Shown piece after piece: positions 12,515-25,967 of a stretch of DNA of 64,000 nucleotides. This stretch comes from Sphyrna mokarran. Its lineage: Eukaryota. The first letter of the stretch is position 1. Each line of letters opens with the position of its first letter. Both the position numbers and the translations under genes were made by a program. A model generated the notes under the pieces. The model saw only the letters and a list, made by a program, of their open reading frames with translations. It made no database searches and was not told the origin of the DNA. The stretch spans positions 45,384,001-45,448,000 of the forward strand of contig JAGIQG010000020.1 of the NCBI GenBank assembly GCA_024679065.1, written 5' to 3'.

Positions 12515-13445
12515 GCCCTTCTTCAGCGAGCACCTTGTTTTATAAAATACAAAACAAAATCTGAAAAAAGCCATTCAATACTTAACACAAAATATCTGTT
12601 GGATGAAAATAATGGACAAGATAACTAAGACATTTCAAAAATGTCACACTCAAATCTCCAAATGCATGAGACAGACCTTAGATATACAGCTTTCTGCGAA
12701 TTCTTAGCCACTATACCATTATAATCTACTCATGAGCTTGATCAATACAAACTGTTGTAGAGTTACATGGACAGTTCCTGTAGGGAGAGATTCAACAGTA
12801 AACCGAGAGTCCTGGTGGGACACAATTTCTCAAAACGTTGGCAAGATAAAAAAACCTCGATGGGTCTAACATACCTCCCAGTTTATTTCAAAGTAGAGGT
12901 AGCTGACATTACCCACTTTAGAAAAGAAAAGCATTGTTTTACATTAATACTGAATATGGTATGCTTATCTTTTTGGCTTTGATAAATCATTATACCTCCC
13001 ATCAGGCAGCAAAAGGAAGGAGTGTAGGTTTCAATCAAACTACTTACACCACTTTGAATTATGCTGCATTGCAGAATAGATTTAAATTAATAATGAGGTT
13101 GGGGAACTTAAATCTGTAACTGATAACTAACCCAAGTGAATTCATACTGCACTACATTTCCAAAAAGCAATGCTTACCAGCACAAATTCCACAGTTTTAA
13201 TGGTTTTAAAATCCTGTCCTTTAGGTCATAGAATATTGATTTTTAAGTGGAGTCCGTTTCAATGCTAATGGATTATACTGCATTTACCTCCTGACATATA
13301 AAGTGCCTTGAGCTCCAAACAGCTATTACCTTGTTAAAATTGCTCTTATCGACTTTTAAACAGCAAATCCAAATACAAAAAAAATCACTTTGTTGCAACA
13401 AATATAAAAGATATCCAATTGCTTAGCTTCGCGAAAGCTGCTTAC

Positions 13446-13514
13446 CGTTATATCGAATGGCTTCTGAAATATAACATCACTTTACAAATGAACTCAATTT
13501 CAGAACTGAGGTGA
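13446..13514 (-). other. Non-coding 5'UTR exon (69 nt) of the minus-strand gene
   Basis: Pyrimidine tract and acceptor ttcttttctttgtgttaacag|, donor ACG|gtaagc. Stops in all three frames. Lies between the CpG island and the coding exon. Confidence 0.6.
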
Positions 13515-14689
13515 CTGTTAACACAAAGAAAAGAATCAGCAAAAAGAAAATATAGTCGTAAATGCAAATTCTTTTAGCTGAGATGCAAAAACCATGTTCC
13601 ACAGCCAGCCGCATTATCAAATAAATAAGATAAATTCGTCAAGGTCCCAGAAGACCAAAGGCTGCGCTCCCCTTTGAGGGAGACAGCTGACTGGTGGTTA
13701 TTTAGCCTAACGATCATCACACCTCAGACAAAGGGCAAGATTCAGAAAGTAGACATTCATGAATCAACTAGTTAAATAAATTAATAAGGTTTCTAAATCA
13801 TGTAGCACTTAACTGCTAACATGTTCTATTAGGGATACTCATGTATGAAGGTTTGCAGAACATATTAACCCACTTATTGGAAAATGTGAATTCCTCTCTA
13901 GATTGTGCTCCTGCAAACAATGATCATGGAGAAAGAACAATCTACATAAAATGCGAGACATTTAACCACAGTGCATTAAACTATATCCAGGTTTTATACA
14001 CATTTATGCAGAATTGGTACAAAGCAGTTCATCTTGTATGAACACCACAGTGACAGTGCACATGTAGCCTGAACCTAGAATCAAAACTAGACTATAGATA
14101 ACTGCACTGGAGAACAGTGTCAATCTGCAGCTAGAGTCAATTCTACTTTCATCATCAAATTTATGCTTGCAATTTTGGTACTGGCACAAAGTCAGAACTA
14201 CTTCAGTGATGCAAAACTTCTATGTAAATACAAGCAAAAGAACTGAAAAAGCAACTCCCCTGAAAGCTCAGGAATAAAGTCATAATGTGAATTATACTGT
14301 GAATAGCAGAACGCTTAGGAACATTAACTTCGAGGGATCTGGATGTGCAGGTAGAACTGTAGAATGATAGAAAATTACAGCTCAGAAGCAGATCTTTTGG
14401 CCCTTCTTGTCTGTGCTGAACCATTTTTTGCCTAGTCCCACTGACCAAGTTAGGCATAGTATGAAAACATAGATTGATCATTCCATTATACTGAACTAGT
14501 TTGAAATTAGAACTACCCAACACATATTAGAAATAAAAGAATATTGTGATATTTAGCGATTAATTATTTAAATTATTTGAAGAGTTAAATTATTTGAAGT
14601 CTGGCAAGGTAGATCCAGATTTAGCAAAACTGTTTAAAAAAACTAAAAAAACAAACTAAAATCCACAGTTCCCCAAAAGTGTCAACACA

Positions 14690-15095
14690 GGTGGCCAGGT
14701 TGATTAAGGCGGCATATGGATTTCTTGCCTTCATCAACCAGGGCATTGAGCACAAGGGTTTGGAAATCATGTTGCAGCTATGCAAAACCTTGGTTAGGCT
14801 GCATTTGTTATATTGTGTGCAGTTCTAGTCACCATACCACCAGAAGGGCACGGAAGCTTTAGAGAAAGTGCAAGGAGATTCACCAGGATGTTGCGGTGCT
14901 TGGAACATGCTGCCAGAGAGGGTGGTGGAAGCAGGGACATTAGCAGCATGTAAGCAGCATCTAGATGGGTAGATAGGAAATAGAGGGATACGGACCAAGT
15001 TAAGGGCAGAAGGTTTTTTTTAGCTTTGGGCATCATGATCAGCAGAGACATGAGGGCTGAAGGGCCTGTTTCTCTGCTGTACTTTTCTTTGTATT
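14690..15095 (+). mobile_element. CR1 3' fragment
   Basis: KAAYGFLAFI..GIE.K..EIMLQL.KTLVR..L.YCVQF.SP motifs; tail gggcctgtttctctgctgtac. Confidence 0.8.
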
Positions 15096-15334
15096 ATTTC
15101 ACTGTCAGCAGGTTAAAATCCTTAAACATCCTCCCCAAGGGCAGCACTTTCCTCACAGAGACTGCAGCAGTTCCAGAAAGCTGCTCACTTCTCATCTCAA
15201 GGACAATAAATGCTGACCTTGCCAGCAACACCCAAATCCCAAGAATGAATTTAAAAAATACAGACCACAATGATTGCAGCTTACTGTTTTAGATTTGGCA
15301 ACATAACAGCATGGGGTTGGATTAAGAACAGGAT

Positions 15335-15700
15335 TTCTTAAAAACTCTTTCACGGAATGTATGTTTCACTGGCAAGGACAGCATTTGTTGTCCGGCTCTG
15401 ACTGCCCTTGAACTGAGTAGCTTGCTAGGCCATTTCGGGGGGTACTTAAGAATCAGCCACATTGTTAGTTATCTACAGTGACACGTAAGCCAGACCAGTT
15501 GAGGCTAGCAGATCTCCTTCCCTATTAGTGAATGAGATGGATTTAAGCAATAAACAACAATAGTTTTGTTGTCATTGTTACTGTGAGTAGCTTGCAATTC
15601 CAGATTTTTTTATGAATTGAATTTTAAATGTCACAATGGCAGAATTAGTCTGACCCTCTGAATTACTGCTCCAATGAAATTATTACAGTGCCACCTTTCC
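15335..15700 (-). mobile_element. tRNA-derived SINE (family of 60605-60945)
   Basis: Reverse complement of the 60605 element; further copies at 8270-8620, 18960-19215, 35990-36210 and 40720-40880. Confidence 0.7.
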
Positions 15701-18700
15701 CATTTCACCACTGAAATGTATCTGTCTATTTTGATGACTATGAAGTGGCAAATACATGGACTTCCAGTGATTCATTCTGGCTTGATTGGGAGGTGCTTCG
15801 TAGCTTCCAGTCAAGGTTTGCAGGTTAATAATTACCATTGAATGAGATAGCCGAGGGCAAGGACTGCCTAGGGAACAATAGAGGAGGATAGGTAAATAGA
15901 CCAAACTACTAAACTAATGCTACAATATTAAGTTTCCAAAGCACAAGACCAATAATATTTGGTATATTACAACGCAGTCATCCATCTGCATTCATTCTAC
16001 AACTGAAATTCAGAGAATTTTGGAACTCAAAAATTCAGGTCACCGCAAGTCATTAAAAAGGAACATTTCTGAAATATTTGAAGTATCTCTGTTTTAAAGG
16101 TCTGTGCATTTCATAATTATCTGTTTTTAATTAAATTAATACAGATATATTCCAGATTTTTTTAAAAAAGGAAACTAAAGTGAAGGATCAGAGCCCATTG
16201 CATAGACACTGAGTGATTTGGTGACATCAAGTTTGGGAGTTTAAAAAACTTAAAAGACAGCAGAAGGAAGAATTATTCAGGATCCTTACAAGGAATAAGT
16301 TACAGGAGGAACTGTTTCTTTTTGAATGTGAGCGTAGGAAGAGGAGAATATGTGGACAAAATATGTGAAGCCTGGAGGAACTGTGAAAAATAGAGAGCAT
16401 TAATCTGCATCTGCTGAAAAATATTTCTTTAAATCTCAATTCAAGCTTTCAGCCTTACCCCATCTCAAATGTAATAATCTGCTACACAAACCCACATTAC
16501 CTTATCTTTTTACCATCTTAAAAATAACCTTGCCCTTTTTTTCAGGTAAAAAAAAACATTGATGATGTCACTGGGAGTTTACTAAAATAACAGTATGAAA
16601 ATCTGGCACTTCTTACTCTGCCTACTCCAAGTAAAACAACCCGTGGAACATTTTGACTTTCAAATACTACTTTATATCCAGGAAATTATTTTGAACTATC
16701 ACAATATCTAAATATCAGCTATTAATGTTGCAGCATTATTAGTTTGAGGGGGGGAATAATTTGAGATGAAAAGTATTCTAGTTTAAGTAATTGCTTTAGC
16801 CAACAAGAGCTTGCATTTATTTAGAAACTCTAGCTTAACAAAATGTTCCAAGATGCTACAAACAGGTGCTGGAATGTGATGACTAGGTCACATTAGCAAC
16901 TTCATTGCAATGTTAATGTAAGTCCGCTTGTGACTAATAAAGAAATAAATAAAACAAAAGGGACGTTACAAGAACAAAATTTAACATATAGAATCACATA
17001 TAGAAATATTGAGAGAAATGACAAAAACCTGATTATAAAAGATAGATTGCAAGGATAACCATTAAAGGAGGAAAGCAAGATTTAGGGAAGAAATTCCAGA
17101 ATTCGGAACTGAGCAACTGAAAGTTCAGCCACCAGTGGTGCACGAGTTAAAGCCCAGAATGCTCAACAAGCCAAAATCAGAGCAGAGCGAGAGAGCATGG
17201 AGGGCTGAGGTTATAGAGATGGAGAGGCAAGGCCATGGAGGGATGAGAATTTTAGCACTTTATGCTAAAGTGTTGGTTTTAAGTCAATATTGCCTCTATC
17301 TGTCTGCACATAACTTATTTTATTGGAGCCCTCACATATTCTTTTCAATCTGGAGGATAAACCAACAAAACAGACCACGTATCCACAAATACTCTTCAAC
17401 TGGATTCTTATGTCCATAAAGACAAAATTTTCCAACTTCTCTTTCATCATTAACAGCAATATTTTCATGTTTAAGTAATTCAGCGCCTCAAAATACTGAC
17501 AAAGCTACCTAGAAATATCAAGGACAATCAATAACAAAATGGTGCAAAATTACCAGCAAACAAGGTGCTTAAACAATCAAGATAATGATGAAAATCTAAA
17601 AAACCCCTTTTATTTTGAGCATAAAATAATGAGCTGCTAAATGCACAAATCCAATGTCATTTTCAAGTCTGTAAAAATAGTTCTAACCAAACTACGTAAC
17701 AAAAAGAGTACAACATCTTTTAATCCCTATCGAGCATCACTTAGAGACTAGATTAAGATTTTAAAAATTCCAAATACTTAAGTGTTGGTTACAAAAACAT
17801 GCCATTTAAAATTTTAGAATGCTAAATCCAAAGGTTTAAACATGACACAATATACCAAATCTGTTGATATTCCAAAAATATTAGGATTATGAAGAGTGGA
17901 GCCAGAGAATCACTCCACTGCAGAATGCAGCCATTCAGCCCATCAAGCCTGCACTGACTCTCCAAAACAGCATTATATCTAAGCCCAAATGGACAACCTT
18001 TACATTTATATGAAGATAACCTACATGGTACATCACACATTACTTCAAAAAGTGCCCAAATACTACCTATCAGTCTCACCATACATAACCAGCACATTAT
18101 TTTGTCAGCTCTTTGACTTATTCTTAATTAATTCTTAGTAAAATTTGTGATCACTTCATTGATGAAATAGCGTAACCTAAACGTAAGATGTTACATTGAT
18201 TAGTTGACCTCAACTAGCCTGGCTATAGGAATATTGTAATTCAATTCAGTGGCCCTTGATTTTGAAGAAGAAGAAATCATTCAGACAATCTCAATCCCCA
18301 CACTTCCCAGCAGCCCTGCTGGAAGTGCTCATGTGTTGATGGGATCAGATTTGGCAGTGCAGCAATGTTCTCCCAATCAAACAGCCTGACATACGCCATC
18401 AACATCACACAAATAATGGCCACTTGGCAGTGAAGATCAGGACCTTTTAAAATTGAGAAGAGTCAGTGAAAGATGAGACTCTTGCCAGAACAGAGTATCA
18501 ATAAAGTGCAACAAGATTCCAGATATAAAACCCCAGTGTTTCTAGTGAGAACAGGCTTGGTATTAAAGTGTTAAGAGTTATTGGGGGAAAAAAAACTTTC
18601 TCAATGCAGTTTCAATAATAGAGACATTTACATTTCACAGTACTGACGGATGAATGGCTAAGAGTTTGAGAACTAAAGGTGTGACAAAGGGCAAGAGATG

Positions 18701-20089
18701 ATATGCGCCAGATACATTTGAAGAAATGATGAAGAACAAAACTAAACAAGATTTTTATTAATCTAGTGAAGGGGTTGACAAGGTCCAGAAATGTGGATAT
18801 GGCTAATACAAAAGGGAAACTTAAGGTTGTAAATACTGAGGGAGCATAACTGTAGTACATAATCATCATCAACAAAATAGTTTGTTGATATGAAGAATAA
18901 ACATGACAAAGAATTAATGGTAAATTAACCCATCATTAACAGCAAGACAGGAAAAGCAACAAATTTTATTTTCAAGATGTGAGCATTGCTGCTAGGTGAG
19001 CATTTATTACCCAACCCTAACTGCCTCAATTTCAGAGAACATTTGAGAGTCAACCATATTGTGTAGCTCTATGGTTACATATTCATGATAATTGACAGTG
19101 GTTTTATTGAATTCAAATTTCTACATTTGCATGATGATGAGATTTGAACCCAGATTGTCAGATTTGCATCTCTGGATTACTAGTCAATGACAATATCACT
19201 GCACCACTGTCTCCCCTTACATATAATAGTCATGAATATAATTGGAGGGTGATTATATAAGCTGCTTAGAAGCGCACTGCAGCTGAGTGAGCTTCTATGT
19301 TTCAAAGCAAAGTTCAAGAAGTGCAGAGCATTAGTAACTTGATTAGTACTATGCTAAAAGCTACACTGGTTTCACAGATTACATCTTGACTTCAAAGCTG
19401 AGAAATAATTTGGAAATTAAAAGCAGCTCCCATAACCAAAAGCCAAAGATAGTGAAGGAAGAAAACAGGTTCAGAGCAGCCTTTCGTACAGGGAAGGCCA
19501 AAAGACAGATACAGTTCTAGAATTAAAATTTTCCTTCACCTCCAGGTCTAAGTTAATTTAGAGTAAAATAAAACTTCAAGTTGTTCATCATTTAGGTTGG
19601 CTAGATCTTCAGAGGCATCACTGACACTGAAATCAGCAAGAGAAGTTAAGCATTGATGGCAATTGATTCTAAGTTCATTTGAAATCGAGACTGAAGGGAC
19701 AAGTATAGAAGGTGGCATTACTGAAGGGAGCGATGGAAGGATAAAATCAGCAGCACATATCAAAGTCAGATGATGCAAAGCAACACACTAAATATATCAG
19801 AACACACAACACTTAGGCATTGAAAAGTGCCCAACAAAACCAGAAGGAAGTGACTATTGGCCATAAACTTGATACAAAATCAACGTTCACAAACATATTA
19901 ATTCTTAATTTCAGTAAAATCTATATATATGTATAGAGGCAAATTTAACAAACAGTGGTGGAATGTGGTGAGGTAATTAGGATATTAATGTAAATAATTA
20001 AAGCCAATCTGACCATAGCCCTCACACTGTCATTGTAACCTTGCCCATTATCTCTCCTCTCTGCTCTTTCCGTAGATATTTAAATCCCG

Positions 20090-20745
20090 AGATGGGCCAT
20101 CAAGACTCGGTCCGGTCAACAGAGCGCCTCTTTCAGGCTGCCCCGGCGGGATTTTAACCTCGGGGAGCGGGGCGGCCCTTTAACTCCCCCACACCCACCG
20201 CCTTTCCCTCCCGGCCAGCTCAGCACGGCAGCCCGAGGCTCAGCTCCTAGCGCTAGGCCGCGACATCACCATGGCGATTGGGGGGGGAACAAAAATCCAC
20301 ATCGATGGGGAAGGCGGCGGTGCCCTCACCCCCGCCTCCTGGCCGCTTACAAAGACCTTTCCCTCCGCCCAGCCGCCATTTACCGATCGCGAATTCAGCA
20401 GCAGCCCGGCTCCATACGTGGCTCTTCCAGTCCGTCACCCAATTCCTTCCCCCAGCAACACCATTTATAACTTCAGCCTCCAAGACAACGTGACGGCACT
20501 TTAATCACAGCGAAAATAACTGGAACCATTCGAAATAGATGTTACCGTGAAAGTATAATTTGTAACGGCTGTTCTTTCCATAAGATTTTGCGCTCACCTG
20601 TGGGGGGAAAACCCGATTAACCCGGCTCACTAACCGGGACGGCCCTTCCGGCTGGGGCGGGACCAATACTGGTGGGCGGGGTCTAGCTTACTGGGCGGGG
20701 TCTGAATGAGTGGGTGGGGTCAGTACAGGAGGGCGGGGCCGGAGT
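20090..20745 (-). promoter_or_regulatory. CpG island / promoter and first exon(s) of the minus-strand gene
   Basis: Sharp CpG/GC enrichment in an AT-rich background. Minus-strand donors CAG|gtgagc (20598), ACG|gtaaca (20546) and TCG|gtaaat (20384). GC-box cluster and CCAAT at 20652-20740. Confidence 0.75.
20652..20741. promoter_or_regulatory. Array of five Sp/KLF GC/GT boxes plus a CCAAT motif
   Basis: ggggcgggaccaat, gggcggggtc, gggcggggtc, gggtggggtc, gggcggggcc at about 19-20 bp spacing. Confidence 0.75.
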
Positions 20746-20777
20746 GTAGTCAGACTTAGTGCAGCTTTGACAAGGTT

Positions 20778-21058
20778 GAGCTTTATTTATCAGTGTTCGC
20801 AAGTAAGTTTACATTAACACTGCAATGAAGTTACTGTGAAAATCCCCCAGTCGCCACACTCGGGCACCTGATCAGGTACACTCAGGGAAAATTTAGCAAG
20901 GCCAACCCATCTAACCAGCACATCTTTGAGACTGTGGGAGGAAACCCACGCAGACATGGGGAGAACATGCAAACTCCACACAGACAGTGACCTAAGCCAG
21001 GAATCAAATCTGGGTCTCTGGTGCTGTCTGACAGCAGCGCTAACCACGGTGCTACCAT
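20778..21058 (-). mobile_element. V-SINE with tail type B, immediately upstream of the minus-gene GC boxes
   Basis: Head catggtagcaccgtggttagcgctgctg, V core, tail ggggattttcacagtaacttcattgcagtgttaatgtaa. Confidence 0.85.
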
Positions 21059-21399
21059 GTTCTGAAGAACTAATGCAAACGTAAGACATATGTGCAGGAA
21101 TAGGCCATGTGGCCCATCAAGCCTGCTCCACTATTCAATATGATCATGGCTGATCAAGCACTTTCAGTATAAAAGCAAATTACTGTGGATGCTGGAATCT
21201 GAAACCAAAAGAGGAAATGCTGGAAAATCTCAGCAGGTCTGGCTGCATCTGTAAGGAAAGAAAACAGCTGATTTTCCAGCATTTTCTCTTTTGGTTTCAT
21301 GCACTTTCAGTATCCTACTCATGTGAATTCTGTTTATCTCTCCACCATTGCTGCCAAACCAGCTGCATTTTTACCAAAAGTCCATTTATTTGGATTGGT

Positions 21400-21870
21400 G
21401 AAATGCAAGCAACACTACGAATTACAGAGGAGCGGACAAACCTTTGGAGTGCATGTCCATAGATCCCTGAAGGCAGCAGGACAGATAGACGACGTGGATA
21501 GGAAGACATTTGGGATATTTGTCTCTGTTAACTGAGGCAAAGAATACAAGAGCAGGGAAGTCATGCTGGAACTGTATAAATCCTGGTTAGGCCAGGAATA
21601 TTCCATGCCGTTTTGGTCATTTCATTAAAGGAAGGATCTGATTGCAGTAGAAGCGTTGGATGTTTGATGTTGCCTGGGCTCAAGTGTTTCATTATGAAGA
21701 GAGGTTGGTTAGGCTGGGGTTGTTTTCCTTAGAGCAAAGAAGGCTGAAGGAGGGAGAGGGTATTCAAAGTTATGAGGAACATAAAAAAGGGGTCAATAAC
21801 AAGGGGGCATAGATTTAAAATAAGCATCAGGAGATTCAAAGGGGATTTAAGGAGGGTGGGAATCTGGAAA
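21400..21870 (+). mobile_element. CR1 3' fragment
   Basis: GVHVHRSLKAAGQID.V.RK.FG motif. Confidence 0.75.
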
Positions 21871-22244
21871 TCATTGCTTGCATGCACAGCTGCTGCTGAC
21901 ATCTTTCTGGTCAGCAACAGATGTTTAAATCAAAAGCTTGTCACCTCACACTGCATTGGAACTCACAATGTCAGCATTTCCCACTTACATGTGTGTATGT
22001 TTCCAGTAATATCACCAAGTGACATTAATGGGAATTCCACTGGAGCATTTCAATGAGGCACTGTAACACATAAGAAAGCACTCTTAACTGGCAACAATTC
22101 ATCCCAGATTCCAATATGTGATGGAATCATTATCTCAATGAGATTCTATGTGAGTTCTGTCTCTTTATGCAAAATCCAGTCTATTTGTACAAGGAGCTCC
22201 CTGATAGATCAATCAACACTTTAATGATTCAGATTTGGATCCAG

Positions 22245-23066
22245 ATGTGAATGTTGGGGGTATGATCAGTAAGTTCACACATGACATGAAAATTGGTGAG
22301 ATGTGGTAAATAGTGAGGAGGAAAATTTCAGATTGCAGGACAATATAGATGGACAGGTCAGATGGGCAGACCAAACAAATTTAATTCCGAAAAGTGTGAG
22401 GTCATGCATTTTGGGCAGACTAACAAGGCAAAGAAATACTCAATGAATGGTAGGACGCTAGGAAGTTCAGAGAACCAGAGAATCTTGGGTGCATGTGTAC
22501 AGATCCCTGAGACAGCAGACAGATAGATAATGTGGTTAATCATAGAATCCTACAATGCAGAAGGAAGCCATTTGACCCATCAAGTCTGCACCGACAGTAA
22601 ACCCTATCCCCATAACCCCATACATTTACCTCAGCTAGTCCCCTGACAATAAGGAGCAATTTAGCATGATCAATCCATCTAACCCGCACACCTTTCGACT
22701 CTGGGAGGAAATCAATGAACGTGGAGGCAATCCAAACAGACACGGGGAGAACGTGCAAACTCCACACAGTGACCCAAACTAGGAATCGAACCTGGGTCCC
22801 TGTCACTGAGGCAACAGTGCTAGCCATTGTGCCACCCAAGAAGGCGTATGGGATACTTGTCTTTATTAGCTGAGGCATAAAATATAAGGGCGAGGAGATT
22901 ATGATGGAGCTGTGTAAGACACTTGTTAGACCATCGCTAGAATATTGTGTGCAGTTCTGGTTGCCACATGGTAGGAAGAATGTAGATGCACTCGAAAGGG
23001 TACAAAGAAGATTCACCAAGATGTTGCCGGAGCTGGAGTGTTTCAGCTATGAAGAGAGGCTGGATG
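22245..23066 (+). mobile_element. CR1 fragment with nested V-SINE (22540-22836, minus)
   Basis: CR1 sequence gtggttaa|...|gaaggcgtatgg resumes across the SINE. Confidence 0.8.
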
Positions 23067-23069
23067 GCT

Positions 23070-23688
23070 GAGACAAAAGCAGAAAATGTTGGAAAATCTC
23101 AGCAGGTCTGACAGCACCTGAGGAGAGAGAATAAAGCTGATGTTTCAAGTCTGGATGACCCTTCATCAGAGCTGAAAAGAAGGAAGATGACACAAGATTT
23201 ATACTATGAAGGTGGGGACGGGGAGTGGTGACGGGAAGGGTGGGTGACTGTAATTGATAGGACTGGCATTGACAATAGACAAACAGAGTGTAAATAATGA
23301 TGATAAAGGCTGAGAATGGTGCTAAGAGCATCCATTAAGAGATCGGAATGTGTGAGTAGCAGAACAAAGGTGCAATGTGTCAAACTGAAGAATGTAATAG
23401 TTGGTCCTAGTGGTGTGGGGTGTGGAAGGGAGGGGTGGAAAACAAGACGGGAAGTGAGATTTTGGAAAAGTAAAAATAGAAAGTGATAAAAATGGATGAA
23501 TAAGGTGAAAAGAAATAAAATAAATGGAAATGGGATGAAGGTGGACTTAATGTTCTTAAGCTGTTGAACTCAATGTTTAGTGTGGAAGGCTGTAAAGTAT
23601 CCAATCAAAAGATGAGGTGCTGTTCCTCCAGTTTGTGTTGGGCTTCAGTGGAAAATTGCAAAAGTCCAAGGACAGGCATGAGAATAGG
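23070..23688 (-). mobile_element. Penelope-like element 3' end with hammerhead-bearing terminal repeat
   Basis: VLGLLQ...EAQHKLEEQHLIF*LDTLQPSTLNIEF C-terminus; CTGATGA...GAAA motif at 23135-23173. Confidence 0.75.
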
Positions 23689-23699
23689 AGGGCACGGTG

Positions 23700-25966
23700 G
23701 CTGCATTTCCCTAATCAGATCACAACGCTCTAAGTGCCTATACATCCTATCTCTAAGAATCCCCTCCAACAGCTTCCCTATCACTGACATCAAACTCACC
23801 AGCCTATAATTTCCAGGGTTATCCCTACTACCCTTTTTAAACAACGGTACAACAATAGTTATTCTCCAGTCCTCTGGGACCTCACCTGTGTCCAAAGAAG
23901 AGTCAAAGATTTGCGTCAGAGGCCCAGCAATTTCACCTCGCACCTCCCTAAGCAGCCTGGGATAAATGCCATTAGGCCCCAGAAATTTATCAGTTTTAAT
24001 GCTACCTAGAAGCTCTAACACTTCCTCCCTCGGTATGGATATTTCCCTCAACTGGTCTACAACTCCTTCCAAGACAGTACTGGTCAACAAGCTCCTCTTC
24101 TTCGTGAATACCGATGCAAAGTATTCATTCAGGATCTCCCCCATTCCCTCGGGCTCTAAGCACAGATCCCCTCCTCTGTCCCTAAGAGGACCAATTTTTC
24201 CTCTAACCATCCTTTTATTCCTAACATAGGAGTAAAAAGCTTTTGGATTTTCCTTAATCCTGTCCACCAAAACCATTTCATGCCCCCGTTTTGCCCTTCT
24301 GTTTGAACTCCCTCCTACTCCCTCTATATTCCTCCAATGTTCTCTCTCTGTTCCCAGTTGCTTAGACCTAACATACGCCTCTCTTTTCTTCCTAACCAAT
24401 TCCTCCATTTCCCTAGTAACCCACGGCTCCCTAATCCTGCCTTTCCCATCCTTCCTTTTAGCCAGCACATATCTTTCCTGCAAGCTTTTCAGTTTTCCCT
24501 TGAAAAAGAATCCCACATGCCGAACATAGACTTCCCATCGAACAACCTTTCCTAATCAGTTTCCATAAGTTCTTGCCTAATCCGACTGTAGTTAACCCTC
24601 CCACAACTTAGCATCTTCGCCTTAGGGCAATAAGGATCTTTTTCCATTTGTATCCTAAAGTAGACAGAATTGTGGTCACTGTTAGCCACATGTTCCCCTA
24701 CTACAACATCAACCACCTGCCCTGGCTCATTACCCAAAACTAAATCCAATATAGCCCCCTCTCTAGTCAAGCTAGCACATGCTGCTCCAACGATCCCTCC
24801 AGTACACATTTTACAAATTCCTCCCTGTCTGAACCCCCAACTCTAAGTACTTTCCGGTCCAACCCTGGGAGATTGAAATCTCCCACTATAACGACTCTGT
24901 TCTTTCTGCACCTATCCAAAATGTCTTTACATATGCCTTCTTCCACTGCCAGCGGGTTGTTGGGTGACCTATAATACACCCCTAGCATAGTAATTGCCCC
25001 CTTCCTATTCCTCAACTCCATCCACAGTGACTCAATTCCTAACTCCTCTATATTGTCCTCCCTCTGCACTGCTGTGATGCTCTCCCTAACCAACAATGCC
25101 ACTGCCCCACCTCTTCTGGACCCTCCTCCGTCACGCCTGAAACACTTATACCCAGGAATATTCAGCTGCCAGTACTCCCCTTCTTTTAACCATGTCTCTG
25201 TCACTGTTACCACGTCTAAGTATATCTGTTTTTCCTGTTATGTTCCTCGCATTAAAACAGATGCACTCCAAACCTCCAAGTCCAGTTGGAACCTCCTTCT
25301 CCTTGGTGAATTTCCTCTCATCCAAACTTACTCTATCACCCATCTCACTCCCAATCCCACTAGCTATCGAGTTATCAATCTCAGCCCCTCCCCCCTCCAT
25401 ATTAGTTTAAACCCTACCGAAACAGTCTAGCTAACCTCCCAGCTAAGATATTCATGCCCTTCCCATTTAAATGTTCCCCGTTCCTTCTATACAGGTGCCT
25501 TTCTTTCACAAATAATTCCCAATTATCCACAAACATAAAACCCTCTGCCCTACACCAATCCTTCAGCCACGCATTTAGCTGTAGGATCTCATTTTTCCTG
25601 TTATTTGGCCCTGGTAGCAGCCCTGAGATCACCACCCTGGAGGCCCTGCTCTTCAGCTTAACCCCCAACTCCCTAAACTGCCTTCTTATATCCTCCCTGT
25701 TTTTCTTTCCTACGTCCTTCTCCCCTATATGTATAAATACATCAGCCTGGGTTCCCTCGCCCTTCAAAATGCCCTCTTCCCTGTCAGAAACATCTTGCAC
25801 CCCTGCTCCAGGGTGGCAGACTACCATCCCGGAGTTCCGCCTTTGACCACAGAACCACTTGTCTATTCCTTTAATCCTCCCATCCCCCGCCATTATCTCT
25901 CTTCTAGCCTCCTTCCTTCCCTCTGAGGTACTCTGGTCCTCCTGCCTTAACTTTTTTACCCCACCT
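23700..25966 (-). mobile_element. CR1 LINE 5'/central portion: ORF1 SGNH-esterase domain, APE endonuclease, RT N-terminus (frameshifted, no 3' end)
   Basis: ORF1 VVCHPGA..DV...IHIG..D...VVISGLLP; EN motifs TETWL, YRSP, GDFN, LDLVL, SDHN; RT N-terminus KENPKAFYSY, GPNGIYPRLL, VPEDWR...PLFKKGSRDNPGNYR. Confidence 0.92.
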
Positions 25967-25967
25967 T

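Noticed and set aside
20253-20504. Three overlapping ORFs in the CpG island
   Set aside because: Expected from high GC and stop-codon scarcity; no protein features.
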